A stretch of DNA of 64,000 nt, from contig OX597819.1 in the NCBI GenBank assembly GCA_951406725.2, forward strand, positions 101,308,001-101,372,000. Reading direction: 5' to 3'. This document shows positions 13,596-26,668 of this stretch, piece by piece. The position numbers and the translations under genes were made by a program. A model generated the notes under the pieces. That model saw only the letters and a list, made by a program, of their open reading frames with translations, was not told where the DNA came from and ran no database searches. The stretch is from Octopus vulgaris. Lineage: Eukaryota. Numbering within the stretch: position 1 is the stretch's first letter; each line of letters opens with the position of its first letter.

Positions 13596-15017
13596 AATAA
13601 CTCTTCAGGGTGACAAGTTAGGTGAACCTGCAAAAGCCACCTAGAATAATTCGGAGTAAGCATTCTCGATATTAATAATCATCCAAAATTGTGTAGCCGA
13701 CAACATATTCTATTTCACCCACCGATTCGAATATATTTGACTAAATTTCTATATTTGAAATTCCTATAATGAAGAGATAACTGTTTTAATAAGAATTTTT
13801 CATTGTCTCTAAGTTTGTTGCGATGTTTATAATAATAACTTTTCTAAGTCCATTAATGTGTGAAAACCTTCTCAGACTTATCTTCTGGAGGTTGCAATAA
13901 TGTTAGTGTTGTTGCTGCGGCATGTAGTAGGCGTTAAGCGATTATGAATTTCATGCAACTGATAAAATTATTATCGCCGTTTGTAACATATGTGTGCATA
14001 TATAACACATAAGTGTGTATGTGTGTGTGTGTGCTTGGGTGCATGCGTGTAAAAACGTCCTTTTGTGCTGTGTAAAAATTTTACGTACATACATATATAA
14101 ATATATATGTGTTACAGTATGTGTGCTTGCTTTTACAAATGAATAAACTTACATATCCATATACGAACGTTTATGCATTCGCCTGAGTATGTATCCCGTT
14201 TACTGTATGCGTGTGCGTGAATATGTGTGTGTGTGTGTGTGCGCGCGCGCGTGTGTGTGTGTGTTTGTGCGTGCGTGCATGCAATTTTATATTTATACAT
14301 TTTACATCATCACCACCACTCTAATCTATCCTCTTATGAAGGGCGGTGTACTTTATAAGCAACACAATTAACAAATATTAACCGAATTATTTCAACAACA
14401 GTAGTTTGTTTGGTTTTTGGTTTGTTTTGTTTTTATGTTTTTCTCTGTGGTTTTCCTTTTATTTTTTTTTATTTTTATAAACTTATTTATATATTTATCA
14501 TTATTGTTTTTTTTTGTTTCTTTTTTTCAAGCGAGAATCAGTGATGGGTGGCGAGTGTGTTGATAGACTTGTGGTGCAGATTTAAAATGGAAAAAAAATA
14601 ATAAATAAAACTGGAAGTAGGGGGAGAAATAAGTTTTAGTTAACATTAGATATAAATAGCGGTAAAGATGGCAGAAGGGGATGTAATAGCGATTAAACTG
14701 AAACGACCAAGAGTAAAAGTATAGAGTCTGTGTTTGCAATATGACTGTTGATTGATGAAGGAAGATGGCGGTTTATAAAGAAGGAGATTATATGAGAACT
14801 GTGAGAAAGAGAAGATTCAATGATCGCTGAACATTTACTAAAGAAAGTATCGTCTGAGGTTTGGCAGTGGAGCTATATTACACAAACGAACTTCAGGTTA
14901 TTTTAACAGGTTCAGTTTGCTCATAAGTTGTCCAGTTTATTTATGTTCATCCTACTTTAAAATCCTTTATTAATTTTGTTGTATCGTAGGAGAGTTATTA
15001 TACCAATATTATTAATA

Positions 15018-15404
15018 TAGTGGAGGCGCAATGGCCCAGTGGTTAGGGCAGCAGACTCGCGGTCGTAGGATCGCGGTTTCGATTCCCAGACCGGGTGTTG
15101 TGAGTGTTTATTGAACGAAAACACTTAAAAGCTCCACGAGGCTCCGGCAGGGGATGGTGGTGATCCCTGCTGTACTCTTTCACCACAACTTTCTCTCACT
15201 CTAACTTCCTGTTTCTGTTGTACCTGTATTTCAAGGGGCTGGCCTTGTCGCTCTCTGTGTCACGCTGAATATCTCCGAGAACTACGTTAAGGGTGCACGT
15301 GTCTGTGGAGTGCTCAGCCACTTACACGTTAATTTCACGAGCAGGCTTTTCCGTTGATTCGGATCAACCGGAACCCTCATCGTCGTAACCGACGGAGTGC
15401 TTCC
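15018..15404 (+). mobile_element. Full tRNA-derived SINE family A with target-site duplication
   Basis: Box A tggcccagtgg, box B ggtttcgattcc; TSD attattaata at 15008-15017 and 15405-15414. Confidence 0.92.
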
Positions 15405-15787
15405 ATTATTAATACATGCACTGGTTCAATTCCAGTATTTTGTTATAAGTCTATTGGTTAAGTGTTCAAATAACTAATCGATTGTTTGTTTAATGAAATC
15501 AAACAGTAAGTTGTTTGTTTTGCTTTTGTTTGTCAAAGCTCTTTCGCTGTTATTTGCAACCTTTTCAATGACTTCACTCCTAGTCAGTAACTGACTAAGA
15601 GGAACAATCGATTGACTAATAATAATAAAGGAGTGAAATTGAATCAGAGCATCTGTTGATAATATTGGCATAACGACTCACAAGACACAACAAAATTTGT
15701 TTCAACACAAGAATTCACATAAATAATCTTGCAGACCAGACAAAAAAACGAAGCGTTTATGAATTATTACATTATTACATTGATTAC

Positions 15788-16020
15788 CTATTTCTTTACT
15801 ACCCACAAGGGGCTATACACAGAGGGGACAAACAAGGACAGACACAAGGATTAAATCGATTATATCGACCCCAGTGCGTGACTGGTACTTAATTTATCGA
15901 TCCCGAAAGGATGAAAGGCAAAGTCGACCTCGGCGGAGTTTGAACTCAGAACATAACAGCAGACGAAATACCGCTAAGTATTTCGCCCGGCGTGCTAACG
16001 TTTCTGCCAGCTCGCCGCCC
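15788..16020 (-). mobile_element. SINE family D, full monomer
   Basis: Head ggcggcgagctggcagaaacgttagcacgccgggcgaaat; body gagttcaaactccgccgaggtcgactttgcctttcatcctttcggg; tail ccccttgtgggagtaaagaaatagg. Confidence 0.9.
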
Positions 16021-16084
16021 TTTTTTTTACATTGATTACCAAGACGGCGATCCGCAACATTGGTTTGCACGCCATACAGAAAGC

Positions 16085-16250
16085 TTAGCAATATCTCTTG
16101 TAACTCTTTACGCCCTGTGTTCGAATGTTACCGAGGTCGACATTGATTCTTTCGGTATCGATGAAATAAGTACAAGTTGAGTAGAGAGATCGAAGCAATC
16201 GACTAGATCATCCCTCACAAAATTTTAGGCCTGGTGCCTATAATAGGAAT
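16085..16250 (+). mobile_element. SINE family D variant with alternative tail, degenerate
   Basis: gttcgaatgttaccgaggtcgac...aaataagtac...aaaattttaggcctggtgcctataatag. Confidence 0.65.
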
Positions 16251-16351
16251 ACTTTTTTATTAAATCATTACCGTTCGTGGTAAGATCCGGCACAAAAGTT
16301 ATCCTTGTTCAGAAAAGATAAGGAATCACGACGAGTTTTCATAGCACCTAG

Positions 16352-16600
16352 ATGCAGGAATGGTTGTTTAGTTAAGAGGCTGGCTTTGCGAGCACTTGGT
16401 ATATGGTTGAGTCCTATGTGTGGTACTTTCTAATGGGGGTTCGCGTCAACCAACGACTGCTGATTGAATTTGTCTACTAAATTTATTCACAAGGGGTTGG
16501 TTGGTTGGGGACTATAGAAGAAAGCACTTAACCCAGTTGCTGCATAGAGTGACTAAACCCGAAACGACGTTGTCGCAAAGCGAGATTCTTAATCACAGAA
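16352..16600. mobile_element. Two degenerate family-C heads fused in inverted orientation
   Basis: Plus head 16352-16473 abuts a minus head 16474-16600 (ctactaaatttattcacaagg...ctatagaagaaagcactt). Confidence 0.55.
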
Positions 16601-16604
16601 CTAG

Positions 16605-16795
16605 AAATTTAATGCAATGGGCTGAATAATTACATCGTTCCAGTGATCAATGGTGCATATTTCATCGACCCCCCCTTAAGTTGAAAACTAAAGTCCAGCT
16701 CGGCGGAATTTGTACACAGAATGTAAAGACGGAGGAAATGCTGCTAAAGTATTTTGCCCGGCGTGCAAGCGGTTCTACCAGCTCAGCGCCTTGAA
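16605..16795 (-). mobile_element. SINE family D, degenerate
   Basis: ctcggcggaatttg...gaaatgctgctaaagtattttgcccggcgtgc. Confidence 0.75.
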
Positions 16796-16864
16796 ATATA
16801 AAGTAATATATATGCATACATACATACATACATACATACATACATACATACATACATACATACA

Positions 16865-16899
<35 letters not shown>

Positions 16900-16913
16900 G
16901 TGTGTGTGTGTGT

Positions 16914-17065
16914 TGGGTTGGTGCACAATTATTGCCGCTTTTTTTCAAAAAATTTTATTCAACAAAAGTAATAACAATATAAACAAAAACATCTTTAAAA
17001 GATGGTCTGACCGTCTGCCAAGCAAATGGGAAGCAGCAATTGAAGTAAATGGTGAAGTAAATAGG
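16914..17065 (+). mobile_element. Mariner remnant (TIR plus transposase C-terminus)
   Basis: ttgggttggtgcacaattattg TIR-like start; DRLPSKWEAAIEVNGE resembles the mariner LP.RW..I...G tail. Confidence 0.55.
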
Positions 17066-17186
17066 TATAAACGAACTCTAGGTTATTTGAATTACGTTTG
17101 CGACATATTTCAACTACCAATGGCAAATTCACGGCAGTTACCGTGGAGAAAAAATTCTCATTTATGGTAAAAGGTGTAAAAGAACT

Positions 17187-17296
<110 letters not shown>

Positions 17297-17879
17297 TATG
17301 TGTGTCTATACATATATATATGCTTGTAGTGATGAATTATAATGGTTATTGACGTTGTGCCTATTTTCGGCATATTTTGGCATTAGAAATTTTTTCTTTG
17401 CCCTTACTTATAAATTGCTTATAAATTTAACCTTTAAATGTACTTTTTTAATATGTCGACCATTGATAGAATTTTTTTCGAAAAATGTTATCCTATATTA
17501 GATATATATATATACTAAAAATGCCGAAGTCTTTGTTTTTGTTAGGCAAGCGAACGAATATTCGACTGACCGAGTTATACTGCAATCAACAGAAGAAATC
17601 TTGATTTTCTTACTGTAACCAAAACATCCTCTTGGATAATTGTCCATTTATTTTCACTTGGCATTTGCAGTGTTTACAATATACACTACATTTTACACAG
17701 AAATAATACACAATAACACCATTACGTTGGAGATCTCTGTACTTCATAAGGATTTTGCATACTATTCTCAATAACATTTTACACTATCGTTCTAATTCCA
17801 TTATTACAATAATAGACATTTTAACGTAGATCTATGATGTTAATAAACAGCCGTGTCGAAAGAGGTAAAGGAGTTGTTT

Positions 17880-18135
17880 CCAAACCTTTCAATAATTGTG
17901 AATTACATCTTTTATTCTTTATCTTCTTTGGGTTCAGTCTCTGAACTGTGGCCATGCTGCATCTTGGACGAGCGGCTTTTTTTTTCTGACTCTTAACGCT
18001 CACCGTTCAGATTCCCACCCCCTTACCTTTCATCCTTTCGAGGCTCGATAAAACAAATACCAGTTGAGCACTGGGTTTAATTTAATACATCAGCCACCTT
18101 TTCCAAAGTGTTAGGCAATTTATTAAAAAGCAGAA
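17880..18135. mobile_element. Family-C tail (minus) followed by family-D body (plus)
   Basis: ttcagtctctgaactgtggccatgctgc; ccttaccttt catcctttcgaggctcgataaaac. Confidence 0.6.
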
Positions 18136-18189
18136 GACGATGGCAGGTGAACGAACAACAAGCATGTGTATTAGTTTAGTACTCGAGAA

Positions 18190-18290
<101 letters not shown>

Positions 18291-18299
18291 TGTGTGCAT

Positions 18300-18760
18300 A
18301 TATGGGTACAGGACGTCACCAACAGTAAACAACATAAAATACGAAAACAAATGAGTTAAATACGCAAACAACGAGAGATGAAAAAGGAAAGCAGGACAAG
18401 TAATACAAAGAATACCAAGAGCGACCCTTCATCAGTCGTCAGCTGTCTATTTACTCCCTATTTCGAGCAATCAACGACAATATGTGTCTTCGACGACAGT
18501 TGCTCCCATAAATATCAAAATAAAATTTGAGATTTATGGAGGGTCAAAGTTGGGAACAAGTCAGAACAGTGGAGACATACAATGAAACCGAAGGAAAACA
18601 AACATGAAGGTTCGTTAGAATATGAGTGGTTTAGTTCACAGGTGATCTAAACGAATAGGTACACAGTACAAGTGCTATAACTGGTCACACATTAGGTTCC
18701 GCGTTCACAGTTGAAGCTGCAGCTAGGGATACGTATAGATATGTGTATGAGAGAGAAGTA
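18300..18760 (-). mobile_element. Probable Penelope-type pseudo-LTR fragment abutting (TG)/(TA)n
   Basis: Non-coding and T-rich on the minus strand; degenerate hammerhead-like parts near 18430-18500. Confidence 0.4.
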
Positions 18761-19329
18761 AAATTAAATTCACGAAGTTTTTTATCATTCACTACGATCG
18801 TCTCGACCCATCACGCACCGTGCCCAGCGGGTGAGATTCTATACAAACAGTTGTTGTGCGTCATAAGTGCAGATGCGTTTCTTCAGGAGGCTTTCTAAAA
18901 ATTACATTATTTTATACTTGCTATGTCGCTTATTTCCATATCAATACACTTTAGTTAGTGTAGACGCCATCTGTCTCCATAGGAAACAAGTGCTGCTGCT
19001 GCTGCTGCTGTTTTCGTTGTTGCTGTGGTTGTTATTATTAAGAAAATGTTTGATCATAATCATTTCCTTACAAGTGATCCTAGCGTCTTTTATATCTGGA
19101 ATTTCATTACCCAACGTGACGTTCCCTGTTTATAGCGGCAGTGTGTGATTTGATGGAGCTTGGGTGCTTTTTCCAGCAGGTCAAACAACCGCAGAATGAG
19201 TTCTATCCATTTTTTAGTTTCTTACTTGTATTGTTGGTTTGGACTACGATTCCTTTAAAAAATTATCAGTAATGATTCGTTGATTACGTTTTCCATAACA
19301 CTGCTGCTGCTACTGTTTTTGTTGTTGCC

Positions 19330-19373
<44 letters not shown>

Positions 19374-20106
19374 CGACGATGATGAAAATGATGACAATGA
19401 TGATGATGATGGTGGGGGTAGTGGTGGTGATGATGTGGCATTTGCTACTATTGTTTGCTGCCACTTCCGCAACGAGAGCTGATGGTTTTGCAAAGATTAA
19501 AAAGAATCGGAAAAGTAAAAGATTTTTATTGATTTATCTCTTTAATCAGAGAAAATTCCCTGTAACCTAATCGATAAGTTATACATCACCTGCTCTTAAC
19601 ATTTGCTTTTATGTATATATATACACTAGTACAACACACACAAGCAAACACACGCCGTCACCACCACCACCCCCCACACACACCACACGCACAAACGCAC
19701 ACACAAGCAGACGCAAACACATACACACACATGTATTCATACGTACACATATAAGTGATTGAGCGAGTGAGTGTATATTCGTAAGGTGTGTATACATCAT
19801 GCGTAGCACAATTCTTAAGAATTTACTGGAACACATTAAACGCTACACCGAAACCGAGTCGAGATCTATGACATGTATATCATGCGTATATATCTGTATG
19901 TGTTTTATAAGGGTATGTTTCTAAGCTCGTGTATATCACCGAGTGTATATGTGAATGAGCGCAAATATTTGTATATACCTGTGTCTGTATATATGAGCAA
20001 GTGTGTATAGGTATATTGTTCTTTATGTATGTATGTGGGGGAGTGTACATGTGTATGTCTGAAGTTGCTGGTTTACATATATATATATATATATGTATAT
20101 GTATGC

Positions 20107-20740
20107 ATATTTTTTTTATAATTATGAGTATAATTATAATTAGGTTTCGGCAAAATAATTTGCTTCACCGCATACTGAACTTTAGAAATAGCAGCCAAAG
20201 AGCCTAGCTATTTCTTCTAATGTAAGAAACAACTCCCAGACAATATACGTAGGCAGAGAGGAAAAGCAGTGAAATTCACTCGGCATTTGATAAACTGTGG
20301 ACGCGTTTCGGAATTAGATAGATATGGAAAATGCAAGAATTACATTTTCATTCTAATCATTTTCCTCTTCGGCACAGTATTTCAAGATTTTAAATTTGAA
20401 AACACTGGAAAAATTGAACATACCTATCCGATTCAAGTAACATCAGACAAACTATATTCAATGACCAGTACCAACGAATTCAAAACATACGAATGAGGTC
20501 TCGTATTCTCCTACACCCATCTACGTGTGTCGTCGAGTAAAAGAATTCTACAGAAAAAACTGTAGTTTATTATCAGGGAGATAATATTATCAATATAAAT
20601 AAAGGGTAAAATTAATTAATTAATTAATAATTAATAATTCCACCGAGTAGTATTCAGTATATTAAAAGGACCATTTTCAATAAACTTAAACAATATTTTT
20701 TTATAATTATGAGTATAATTACAATTACAGTTCGGCAAAA
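20107..20740 (-). mobile_element. ~586-bp non-coding unit bounded by a ~48-bp direct repeat and containing a hammerhead ribozyme (retrozyme or PLE-pLTR-like)
   Basis: atatttttttataattatgagtataatta.aatta...ttcggcaaaa at 20107-20155 and 20693-20740. Confidence 0.7.
20294..20378 (-). ncRNA. Type I hammerhead ribozyme (U4C variant, long stem II loop)
   Basis: ACUGUG-CCGAAGA-GGAA[~50 nt]UUCC-GAAAC GC GUC-CACAGU: 6-bp stem I, palindromic ACGCGU stem III, GUC cleavage triplet. Confidence 0.75.
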
Positions 20741-20754
20741 AAAATTGTTGTTCG

Positions 20755-20872
20755 GGTTTTCGGCTCCCGACGGTCAGGTCATGCGTTTGAATCGTAGCCG
20801 TTCGTTGTGTCTGTGACCAAGACATTTTATTTCACGTTGCTCCAGTCCAGTCCACTGGAGATAATGAATAGT
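20755..20872 (+). mobile_element. SINE family B fragment
   Basis: attttatttcacgttgctccagtcca core. Confidence 0.6.
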
Positions 20873-20958
20873 AACTATATTTCAAAGTATATTCAGACAA
20901 ATATGTTTCTCTCTGCATGTACCTCCGCATATGAATGAGTCAGGATATGTTAAAGTAA

Positions 20959-21110
<152 letters not shown>

Positions 21111-21119
21111 ACCACTGTC

Positions 21120-21532
21120 AAGGCGGCGAGCTGGCAGAAGCGCTAGCACGCCGGGCGAAATGCTTTGCGGTATTTTGTCTGCCGTTACGTGGTGAGTTCA
21201 ATTTCCGCCGAGGTCGACTTTGCCTTTCATCCTTTCGGGGTCGATAAATTAAGTACCAGTAACTGGGGTCGATGTAATCGATTTAATACCTATGTCTGTC
21301 CTTGTTTGTCCCCTCTATGTTTAGCCCCTTGTGGGTAATAAAGAAATACATATTTCGTCTGTCGTTACGTTCTGAGTTCAAATTCCGCCGAGGTCGACTT
21401 TGCCTTTCATCCTTTCGGGGTCGATAAATTAAGTACCAGTTACGCACTGGGGTCGATGTAATCGACTTAATCCCTTTGTCTGTCCTTGTTTGTCCCCTCT
21501 GTGTTTGGCCCCTTGTGGGTAGTAAAGAAAAT
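21120..21532 (+). mobile_element. SINE family D dimer (head + body + second body)
   Basis: Second body begins directly after taaagaaata at ~21350 (tatttcgtctgtcgttacgttctgag). Confidence 0.92.
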
Positions 21533-21959
21533 ATATATGTACCACTGTGTCTCTATATGCATATACATCTGTTTACGTGTATCTGTTTACGTAGATACGT
21601 TGGTATATGAAGAACATCGTATTTCTCAGTGTATATGTTGGAAATTTATAGATCATTGCAATCATCTAATCAGATCACTAAGCTTTAATAAATTATCTAA
21701 AGATGGTTGCTAAAAAAAACTATTTGGATCTTATCTATATTATAAATATACTGTATAAGAGAAAAGAAAAATAAAGGCATTTTATTTTACATCTCGAAAG
21801 TGTTTATTTACAGATTTACAAAGATAACTAAAAGATATTGAACATAATTTTTTAAGTAATGCATAGGAATATTTTAGATTAAATGATTAATAATATGATT
21901 TTAATGGGTGCTATAAAATTCTTACGTTTATACCAGCAAATAATTCTAAGGCTTGTGCT

Positions 21960-22089
21960 CGCGTTCATAAGCCGCTGGGTTCAATTCCTGCGTATTTGGT
22001 GGACGAAAACTGATAGAATCCTGTCGTGTAAATTATAATAGTGATGATGATGACGCATATAATACTGCCGATACTACAACAACAAATAT

Positions 22090-22138
<49 letters not shown>

Positions 22139-22178
22139 GCTGCTACTACTACTGCTGCTGCTGCTGCTCATGCTGCTG

Positions 22179-22217
<39 letters not shown>

Positions 22218-22480
22218 AAACTACTACTACTACTACTACTATATGTATTTTCCTATATATGTGTGTGCGCTCGTGTTTGTCACTTGACAATTAACAATTG
22301 GTTTTGGCTTGATCAAGTTCGTCCTTGTAACTTAGCAGTGGGGCAAAACACAGCGATTGAATGCGCACCAGGCATAAAGGGGTTGAAAAAATAAGAAAAT
22401 ACGTATTACTGTCCAATTCTTTTGACTAAACGATTCACAGTGGCGCCCCTATATGGCCTCTAGTCCAATGACTAAAATAA
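21960..22480 (+). mobile_element. Degenerate SINE family C with (CTA/CTG)n linker
   Basis: tttggtggacgaaaactgatagaatcctgtcg then repeats then gtaacttagcagtggggcaaaac...aatgactaaaat. Confidence 0.6.
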
Positions 22481-22540
22481 ACGTAAAAATGTGTGCGTGT
22501 GAGTATATGTGTGTATGTATATATGCATGCGTTTATGTAC

Positions 22541-22601
<61 letters not shown>

Positions 22602-22603
<2 letters not shown>

Positions 22604-22820
22604 TGGGGAGAATTCATAAATAACCCCAAAAAGCGAAGAGAGGTGGTATAGACAACAAACAGATGTATTAGTATAACGCTCGAGAAGTGAAAATGTCTTT
22701 AACTCTTCGACCCTAAGCTCTTCCACAGAAAGGAACACAGAAAAAAAAATCAAGGAGGGAAAATAAAGAATATGTAGTGGCTAGCGATCTATCATGGCGA
22801 ATGCCAGAGAAAAGAGGTAT
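22602..22820 (-). mobile_element. Penelope-type pseudo-LTR next to (TA)n with degenerate hammerhead (22697-22732)
   Basis: RNA CUUU-CUGUGGA-AGAGCUUAGGGUC-GAAGAGUU-AAAG; similar layout to the 13150 and 31433 copies. Confidence 0.55.
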
Positions 22821-23054
22821 ATTATATAAGTATGTATGTTTGTATGTATGTATGTGTTTGTGAACACAGGGTCAATGACACATACTTTATTGTCATGTGA
22901 TTAGAAGAGCAGTGTTGCTTCACTGTAAATGAGAAGCACGTTCTTAAAATATTTCTATATATTTTAGTCATTGGATTGCAGCCATATAGGGGGAACAATT
23001 CGAAAATCGGCAAAATACCCACACAAAAGGTTTGTAAATGTTTCATTTCACCTC

Positions 23055-23143
<89 letters not shown>

Positions 23144-23382
23144 GTTGCATGGGTACGTGAGTGTAAGTATGCGTGTATTTATATGTGCAGATGTAGATGT
23201 GTTCAAGATAATGTTGAACCATAACAGTGCTTATGCGCGATATTCCGCGTGTTTGTTGAGGTAAAGCCAAGATGTGCCATGGGATTCTAAATGATATGAC
23301 ACGGACACTTTGTCACTAAACGATGTGAGAATATAATTGATGACGTACAGCAAGGGAAAACATGTCGTCAACATCAACAGCA

Positions 23383-23401
23383 ACTACTACTACTACTACT
23401 T

Positions 23402-23465
<64 letters not shown>

Positions 23466-23501
23466 AATTAATAATAATAATAATAATGATAATAATAATA
23501 A

Positions 23502-23592
<91 letters not shown>

Positions 23593-23629
23593 TGGCTAAA
23601 CTGGCAAAATGACCATTTCGAAATAAAAC

Positions 23630-23700
<71 letters not shown>

Positions 23701-23705
23701 TAATA
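23383..23705. repeat. (ACT)n/(AAT)n compound microsatellite
   Basis: Directly visible. Confidence 0.95.
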
Positions 23706-24260
23706 GATACCCTGATGCAGTACAAGGCAGTGGCTCTCGTGGCTTCTGATCTTAACTGATTGGAAGTGTTATTATGTACATTGTTTTGTTTTTGGTATAA
23801 AAGATGGGCTACAGCAAATATTCTGCTCAATACCACAGAATTGCTTGTCAGTTGTTTGACCTTAACCATTTGAGCATAGTCCTTAGTGCCTGACGATATG
23901 CGCATCTCTTATCACGAGCAAAAGTAGTGTGGGAGCATCATAGCCATTTATTGAGAGGAATTCTTCAAGGCTTGGAGAATCCAGATTTGAAAACATGGGT
24001 GTTTCGTTCAACATCCTGAAACAACCCTCATTCAAGGACCTTTTGAGCGAGATGGGCTACTCGCCCCCAAGACAGTTCAAACTGGGCCCTATCTACAAGG
24101 TCATACACTGTTTATCTTGATATAAGATCACCATGTCGCGCACATATGTTTGTGATGCATGTGCCTGGTGTAAACTTATCAGACGGGTAGTCATGATGGG
24201 TATGCTGGGCTTCGTATGTTTTACCCCAGTGTTACTTTGATAGCATGCACTCTCTCACTC
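23706..24260 (+). mobile_element. Unclassified ~555-bp interspersed repeat embedded in (AAT)n
   Basis: Second diverged copy on the minus strand at 33850-34305; both end ...ctcactc|aataataat. Confidence 0.8.
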
Positions 24261-24272
24261 AATAATAATAAT

Positions 24273-24950
24273 ATTTCTTGATTGACACGAGCATACCCTG
24301 TGACCGTAATATCTCGGCAATAGAATTTAAGAGTAGAAAATATAAGGATTTGCTAACCAAAATCGAAAGGATGTGGCATCTCAAGACGGTTACAATACCT
24401 ATTTCTTTACTACCGACAAGGGGCTAAACACAGAGGAGACAAACAAGGACAGACAAACGGATTAAGTCGATTATATCGACCCCAGTGCGTAACTGGTACT
24501 TATTTAATCGACTCCGAAAGGATGAAAGGCATAGTCGACCTCGGCGGAATTTGAACTCAGAACGTAGCGGCAGACGAAATACCGCAAAGCATTTTGCCCA
24601 CAATACCAGTAAGTGTAGAAGCACTAGAAATGATCAAGTTATTTAAGAACGAGCCCTAGCTTACCATCCATGCAGGAATCGCAAAATATTGTCTTAAATG
24701 GTGCGTCACACGTACTGAGAAGACCTTTGTCACGGTTAATTTTCTCCCACTTTATTTTATTTCTTTACTTTTCAATTTTTTCCTTTTTTTCTTTCTTCCC
24801 TCCCCTTTTTCTCTATCACACGAATCTATAAATGAACCATCTTGCGTGTTTGTTTTAATGGCTTACCAATGTATAGAGTACGTTTTTCTGCCCTAGGTGT
24901 CAGGAAGACTCTCGGAAAAAATGTAAACAGAATTGAAAGTTGCTAATGAA
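24273..24950 (+). mobile_element. R4/Dong-clade LINE 3' fragment (restriction-like endonuclease), interrupted by a SINE
   Basis: FLIDTSIPCDRNISAIEF..KYKDLLTKIERMWHLKTVTIP|VSVEALEMIK; flanked by (AAT)n on both sides. Confidence 0.8.
24400..24599 (-). mobile_element. SINE family D inserted in the R4/Dong fragment, 8-bp TSD
   Basis: acaatacc at 24392-24399 and 24600-24607. Confidence 0.9.
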
Positions 24951-25005
<55 letters not shown>

Positions 25006-25008
25006 GTA

Positions 25009-25062
<54 letters not shown>

Positions 25063-25079
25063 GTTCCAAATTTTTTGCA

Positions 25080-25252
25080 CAATTTCGGGGTAGGGGGATG
25101 AGTCAATTGGTATTTATATTTTATCGAGCCCTAAAAGGAGGAAAGACACAGTCGCCCTCGGTGGAATTTGAATTCCGAATGTGTAAAGATGGACGAAATG
25201 CCGATAAGCATTTCGCCAGGCGTGCTAATGATTCTGTCACCTCATCGCCTTA
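25080..25252 (-). mobile_element. SINE family D, degenerate
   Basis: ctcggtggaatttgaattccgaatg...gcatttcgccaggcgtgctaa. Confidence 0.75.
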
Positions 25253-25561
25253 AGAAATGATAATAATAATGCATTTACTGGTATAATAACAAACATCCTC
25301 AATTACTACTACTATTACTACTACTTAACCTACTGTTGCTGCTCGTACAAATGCACCTGCCGTTACTGATGCTATTATTACAACTATAATTCCCGCTAAT
25401 AATTTCCTGAGGCCGCACCCTTATACGCTATATAAACAAACGTTGACAGTAAGTAGAACACGTCGGTTTGTCAGGGATGGAATATCCTTTTTTTCGAATT
25501 TGCTGGATCATGGCAAGTTTGGTTCTAAACAACAACAATGAAAAAAAGACATCATATTACA

Positions 25562-25596
<35 letters not shown>

Positions 25597-25829
25597 TCAC
25601 AAATGTGCACACACATACACACACTTGTATTCACAGACACACACATACACTCATACACATATACAGCTTCACACACTTAGACACTCATACACATATACAC
25701 ATTCACACGCACATGCTCACACATGCACATACATACACACACACATACTCGTAGGCATACATATACAAGAATCATCAACTGACAAGGGTTCACAACAATA
25801 TCATTAACCACTAACATGTAATGCTATGT

Positions 25830-26015
25830 GAATTGCTACATTGTTGGTTTGTTTACGTCCTCGCAACTTAGCGGTACGGCAGAAGAGACTGGCATGAATA
25901 TTTCCAGGCTTAAAAAAAACACAAAAAAAAACTAGATAACAGAGTCGATTTGTTCGACTAAACACCCCGACATGGTCACAGTTCATTGACTAAAACAAAT
26001 GATAAAAGATGAAAG
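25830..26015 (+). mobile_element. SINE family C 3' half
   Basis: gtttacgtcctcgcaacttagcggtacggcag...gtcgatttgttcgactaa. Confidence 0.7.
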
Positions 26016-26084
26016 ACATTGTGTATAGTATACTTTTTAAATAAAAAGTCATTGAATAATGTTATTAGTTATATTTAAGGATTA

Positions 26085-26325
26085 GAGGTCCTTTCAGAAC
26101 GATAGGCTCCATAAACGATTCCCGTATTGTGGCGGTCTAAATATTCCATCCTTGGAGTGGACGCTGGTCCGCCGCAGGATTACCCTCTTTGGAAGGTGGG
26201 TGGTCTGGAACAACTTGAAATAAAATATTCTGCTCAAGAACACACAGAACTGCCCGGTCCAGGTATCGAAATCACAATCTTATGATCATGAGTGCAACAC
26301 CCTAACCTCTAACCACGTGCCTCAA
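26085..26325 (-). mobile_element. SINE family B, diverged
   Basis: Minus strand gaggcacgtggttagaggttagggtgttgcactcatgatcataagattgtgatttcgatacctggaccggg. Confidence 0.8.
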
Positions 26326-26412
26326 TATATCGTTCGTTATTGGTTTATACACAGTCGAGTTGACCATATCTGAAACGTCTGCATATATATATATATATAT
26401 ATATAGTAGTAC

Positions 26413-26464
<52 letters not shown>

Positions 26465-26624
26465 GTACTACACTTTCTCGCACGCACACCCACACTTAGC
26501 TAACTAGCCTGTGCGTGTAAGTGTGTGTATGTGTATATGTGTATGTATATGCTCGCGCGCACCGTGTTAAAAACGTTTGTATGTGTGTGTGTGTGCACGT
26601 ATCTGTAGCGTTCGTTTGAATCAG

Positions 26625-26668
<44 letters not shown>

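Noticed and set aside
18425-18500. Hammerhead-like parts on the minus strand (CUGUC..UCGAAGA..GAAAU..GUA..GACAG and a separate CUGAUGA)
   Set aside because: Core and stem II too degenerate to call; kept only as a probable pLTR remnant.
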